A stretch of DNA of 10,414 nucleotides from Calditrichaceae bacterium (lineage in GTDB: Bacteria; Calditrichota; Calditrichia; Calditrichales; JBFXGD01). Positions 8,701 to 10,414 of the stretch are shown here, one piece after another; the stretch's first letter is position 1, and every line of letters begins with the position of its first letter. The notes beneath the pieces were generated by a model that saw only the letters and a program-made list of their open reading frames with translations, ran no database searches and was not told the DNA's origin. The DNA lies in the NCBI GenBank assembly GCA_050178385.1, contig JBFXGD010000125.1, positions 1 to 10,414 of the forward strand, in the 5' to 3' direction. A program made the position numbers and the translations under genes.

Positions 8701-10414
8701 GTACATCAGACCGGATTTTTCCAAAAATTTCGGAAATCTCCTCAATCAGAGAGCTAAGCCTAACTACAGACATTAGATCCATTAAATGCGCTGATGATTT
8801 TATTGAATGTATGGCGTTTTCAATTTCTGCAAATGCTTCCCTGTTGTTTTTATCGGCGTCCAGAAGTGTTAATGCCGCCCGCGCTATATTGATGGACTGC
8901 ATTGCTTCTGACTTGAAAATGCTGTCCAAATCCTCTTCGCCGGAACCGTCTTCAGCTTTCGGCTCTTCCACAACCGGCAATTCTTCAATTATTTCAGAAA
9001 GCGCGGAAATTATGTCATCAGATGCAGCGTTTTCCCCTTGATAATTCAGTCTTTCTAACAACAACCCGAAAGACTTTTCAATTTCGAAAGCAATATTCTT
9101 CGAATAACTTTTACCTGATACTTCACCGATTAGATTTTCAAAAAATTTAACCGGTTTAAGGAAATTGTCACACCCGGCAAATTTAAGATTCCTGCCAAAA
9201 AATTTAAAGAATGAAACCAGTTCACTCCGATCCGTTTCGGAGTTTTCTAAAAGGCACACGTCTAATCTGTTCTTTAAGTGTTGCCATTTATGCTGCATTG
9301 ATTCCGCAAGCGCCTTAACCACCTGTTCATCATTGTCGATGTCATATAATTCCGGCTCCGGTATGAGCAAATTCTGAACAGAAACAAATATATCGGATAA
9401 TTCAGGTATGCTGAGTGATTCCACAGAAAAATCTTTTTGTCCGGTAATTTCCCAGGAAGTCTCTATTTGATCAATGACATCCTTTATATCATCACCGGAA
9501 TAACCACTAATTTTGTCGTAAATATTTTCCAAAGGAACGAAAAACTCGGAAATCAGCGAAGAAAAACCCATTAATGCGGCTGCTGATCTTAATTTTCCCG
9601 ACAGATCACGAACACGATTAAAGGCGTCTTTTTCTTTTATCCGGGGATGCTCGGTCATGATTTGCCTTGCGACCTGATTAAACAAATCCCCAAAAATTTT
9701 ACCCATCGCTTTTTTGTCTTCAAATCCAAAATCAGGTAACCCTGCAGGCTCATCCTGCGGGGTGATTTCCTGTTGTATTTCTTCTTCAGATACCTCAGGC
9801 TCTATCTCCGCAAAAGTATCCCGCAAGCCCGAGATTTGATCCTGTAGCGAAATCAGAAGATCATCATTCTTTGAAATATTCAGAAACCTGTCAACGGGTG
9901 TAAGACTGTCAAGAATTGACTCAACTGCCCGGTATGTAGCTTCACTGAAAATTTTAACATTGTTGTTTGCATAATTCATCTCACGAATTAATCCCGAACA
10001 AAGATTTTCAATTCCGCTGTAACCGTGAATCATACTGACTTCTTTTAAAGATCTAATTTGTTTTATAATCGAGGCTAAAAGGGCACGGTTTTCAGGTTCA
10101 GTTTTCAGACTTTCAAGAATATTAAGAATTTCGGATTTATTATCATTCAATTCAGTTTGGAAATACTCGCCCAGAAGATTTTCTAAAGATTTAAATGGTT
10201 GTTTACTTTCTTCTTCTTTTTTGGCCTTCTCTTCTTTCTTCTTAATTTTTTCCTTTTTAGGATCATACTCAGGTAGTTTTTGATTCTCTAAAATTGTAAA
10301 GAATTGTGGCCCCAACCTTTCTGCATATTCATTGAGTTCGCGGATAAATTTATCCATATTTTCATCGATCGTATCCATCATTACCACGGCTTTCATCGGA
10401 TCAATTTCATTTGG
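5705..10414 (-). CDS. cheA: Hybrid chemosensory histidine kinase/response regulator (CheA-CheW-REC, multi-Hpt; ChpA/PilL/FrzE-like), probably 5'-partial
   Basis: Hpt motifs IHSIKSSA, SHSLKMSA and IHTLKGSS; dimerisation IRVSTDYLDKLVD..RMVP; HATPase boxes PLMHIIRNAIDHGIE, EDDGQGID, PGFST, SGRGIGMDVV, GTTFSIRVPLTL; CheW domain (QEIVIKTLG..ISGGTILGSGEVALILD); receiver ILIVDDS, ITDLEMPKMHG, ILTG, FLVKPF. The frame is open upstream of the ATG at 10396 to the window edge (P-N-E-I-D-P) with no obvious RBS, so the true start is probably outside the window. Confidence 0.95.
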   Translation of the reverse strand, partial: PNEIDPMKAVVMMDTIDENMDKFIRELNEYAERLGPQFFTILENQKLPEYDPKKEKIKKKEEKAKKEEESKQPFKSLENLLGEYFQTELNDNKSEILNILESLKTEPENRALLASIIKQIRSLKEVSMIHGYSGIENLCSGLIREMNYANNNVKIFSEATYRAVESILDSLTPVDRFLNISKNDDLLISLQDQISGLRDTFAEIEPEVSEEEIQQEITPQDEPAGLPDFGFEDKKAMGKIFGDLFNQVARQIMTEHPRIKEKDAFNRVRDLSGKLRSAAALMGFSSLISEFFVPLENIYDKISGYSGDDIKDVIDQIETSWEITGQKDFSVESLSIPELSDIFVSVQNLLIPEPELYDIDNDEQVVKALAESMQHKWQHLKNRLDVCLLENSETDRSELVSFFKFFGRNLKFAGCDNFLKPVKFFENLIGEVSGKSYSKNIAFEIEKSFGLLLERLNYQGENAASDDIISALSEIIEELPVVEEPKAEDGSGEEDLDSIFKSEAMQSINIARAALTLLDADKNNREAFAEIENAIHSIKSSAHLMDLMSVVRLSSLIEEISEIFGKIRSDVPGNIPKALNDGVNTLEALINNPDTETETIVEFLQHTLDSIEIVDMESSEDSESMEKTPVEVSEDEKPLFSADKNTDADLVEIFQDEARLFMATINKAHDKIKRKPDDGKALDELENASHSLKMSARMMGFGDISHIAENLESIVESVRNNEIEIDSELQENITTAVDYISRLSSGEKISKGDLAELLNSMDVNNYKAELPVDPIDEDQDETVPENIREIFLEEAGQLLEALNKELLELEKMPESDTILADVLRNIHTLKGSSLMSTYSRIGEVSHKLEDYFQLYKQKKGGSKSDMLNPAFTAIDLIQDLVTAIQNGEGENVPLYLARLAELDNKLFLYQNMEELPDELKAAEMPAAQVPAKRSDGVKEEEKNIRVSTDYLDKLVDMAADLVINQTQLSTYLDTFKKIISDIESGKKKIYSSEDIVEEVVEEDILTDGGLKSFDPEQMDNLKILAGNFKDILKTVSTVSLDLNKLTQGVEQSVGRISNLSKQLHGDILKARMVPIEYLFNRYPRSVRDLAKSQNKKINLDVAEQDVELDRALVEALSDPLMHIIRNAIDHGIELPKDRKALKKSETGNLYLRARQERNQVVIEVEDDGQGIDLGKIKAKIISKKMADRKDVDQLSEAEILDYIFYPGFSTRDEANEISGRGIGMDVVANEIQKMKGNIRIKTEKNVGTTFSIRVPLTLIISQAIMIRAAGQIVAIPMLAIQESVRFEPKDLILEGEKGYIKIRGKLLPYLEIDKLLQFNKEESGQKKINAVVLHDAGVSIALGVDEILGRQEIVIKTLGSHLQNVEYISGGTILGSGEVALILDYSAVIRTAELQFFGSITDKYSGRKARVSLPEAEEIKKPKPAKKRKTVKKVIKKKKISSRKPQILIVDDSSSVRNFVGSVLEKHNFTIVKSNNGEDALTKIKTEKIDLMITDLEMPKMHGFELIKSIRKDKKFEGLPIVILTGRAGMTQQQEGEDIGANAFLVKPFKETDLIRVLSDFIEIGSDIR

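Noticed and set aside
461..9377. All plus-strand ORFs in the track (e.g. 5122-5619, 5874-6233, 8664-9041)
   Set aside because: They lie wholly or almost wholly antisense to well-supported minus-strand genes and show no recognisable motifs. They are best explained as shadow ORFs.
10394..10396. ATG given by the ORF track as the kinase start
   Set aside because: The reading frame continues without a stop to base 10414 and no Shine-Dalgarno is visible, so the gene probably begins outside the window.
1..10414. CRISPR arrays, tRNA/rRNA, IS elements, tandem DNA repeats, frameshifted pseudogenes
   Set aside because: None was seen. Intergenic gaps are at most 74 bp, all CDSs are uninterrupted, and the poly-T/A tracts encode Lys or Phe codons in frame.

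Overview
A gene-dense, AT-rich bacterial window with seven co-oriented minus-strand CDSs. I found no RNA genes, mobile elements or CRISPR arrays. In transcription order (right to left): (1) a large hybrid chemosensory kinase of ChpA/PilL/FrzE-like architecture, probably 5'-truncated, with three His-bearing Hpt domains, up to three His-less Hpt-like modules, and dimerisation, HATPase, CheW and receiver domains; (2) an exported protein fusing a right-handed beta-helix, a low-complexity linker and a TonB C-terminal domain; (3) an alkaline-phosphatase-superfamily metalloenzyme (iPGM/phosphopentomutase-like); (4) a divergent PfkB-family kinase; (5) a Dck-like deoxynucleoside kinase; (6) a GT4 glycosyltransferase; (7) a polytopic membrane protein that runs off the left edge and is missing from the ORF track. 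The region looks like native chromosome rather than an island. The most interesting items are the beta-helix-TonB_C fusion next to a type IV pilus-class chemosensory kinase, the His-less Hpt array, and a possible nucleoside/sugar-phosphate salvage triad. These are hypotheses from manual motif reading only; no new system is demonstrated.
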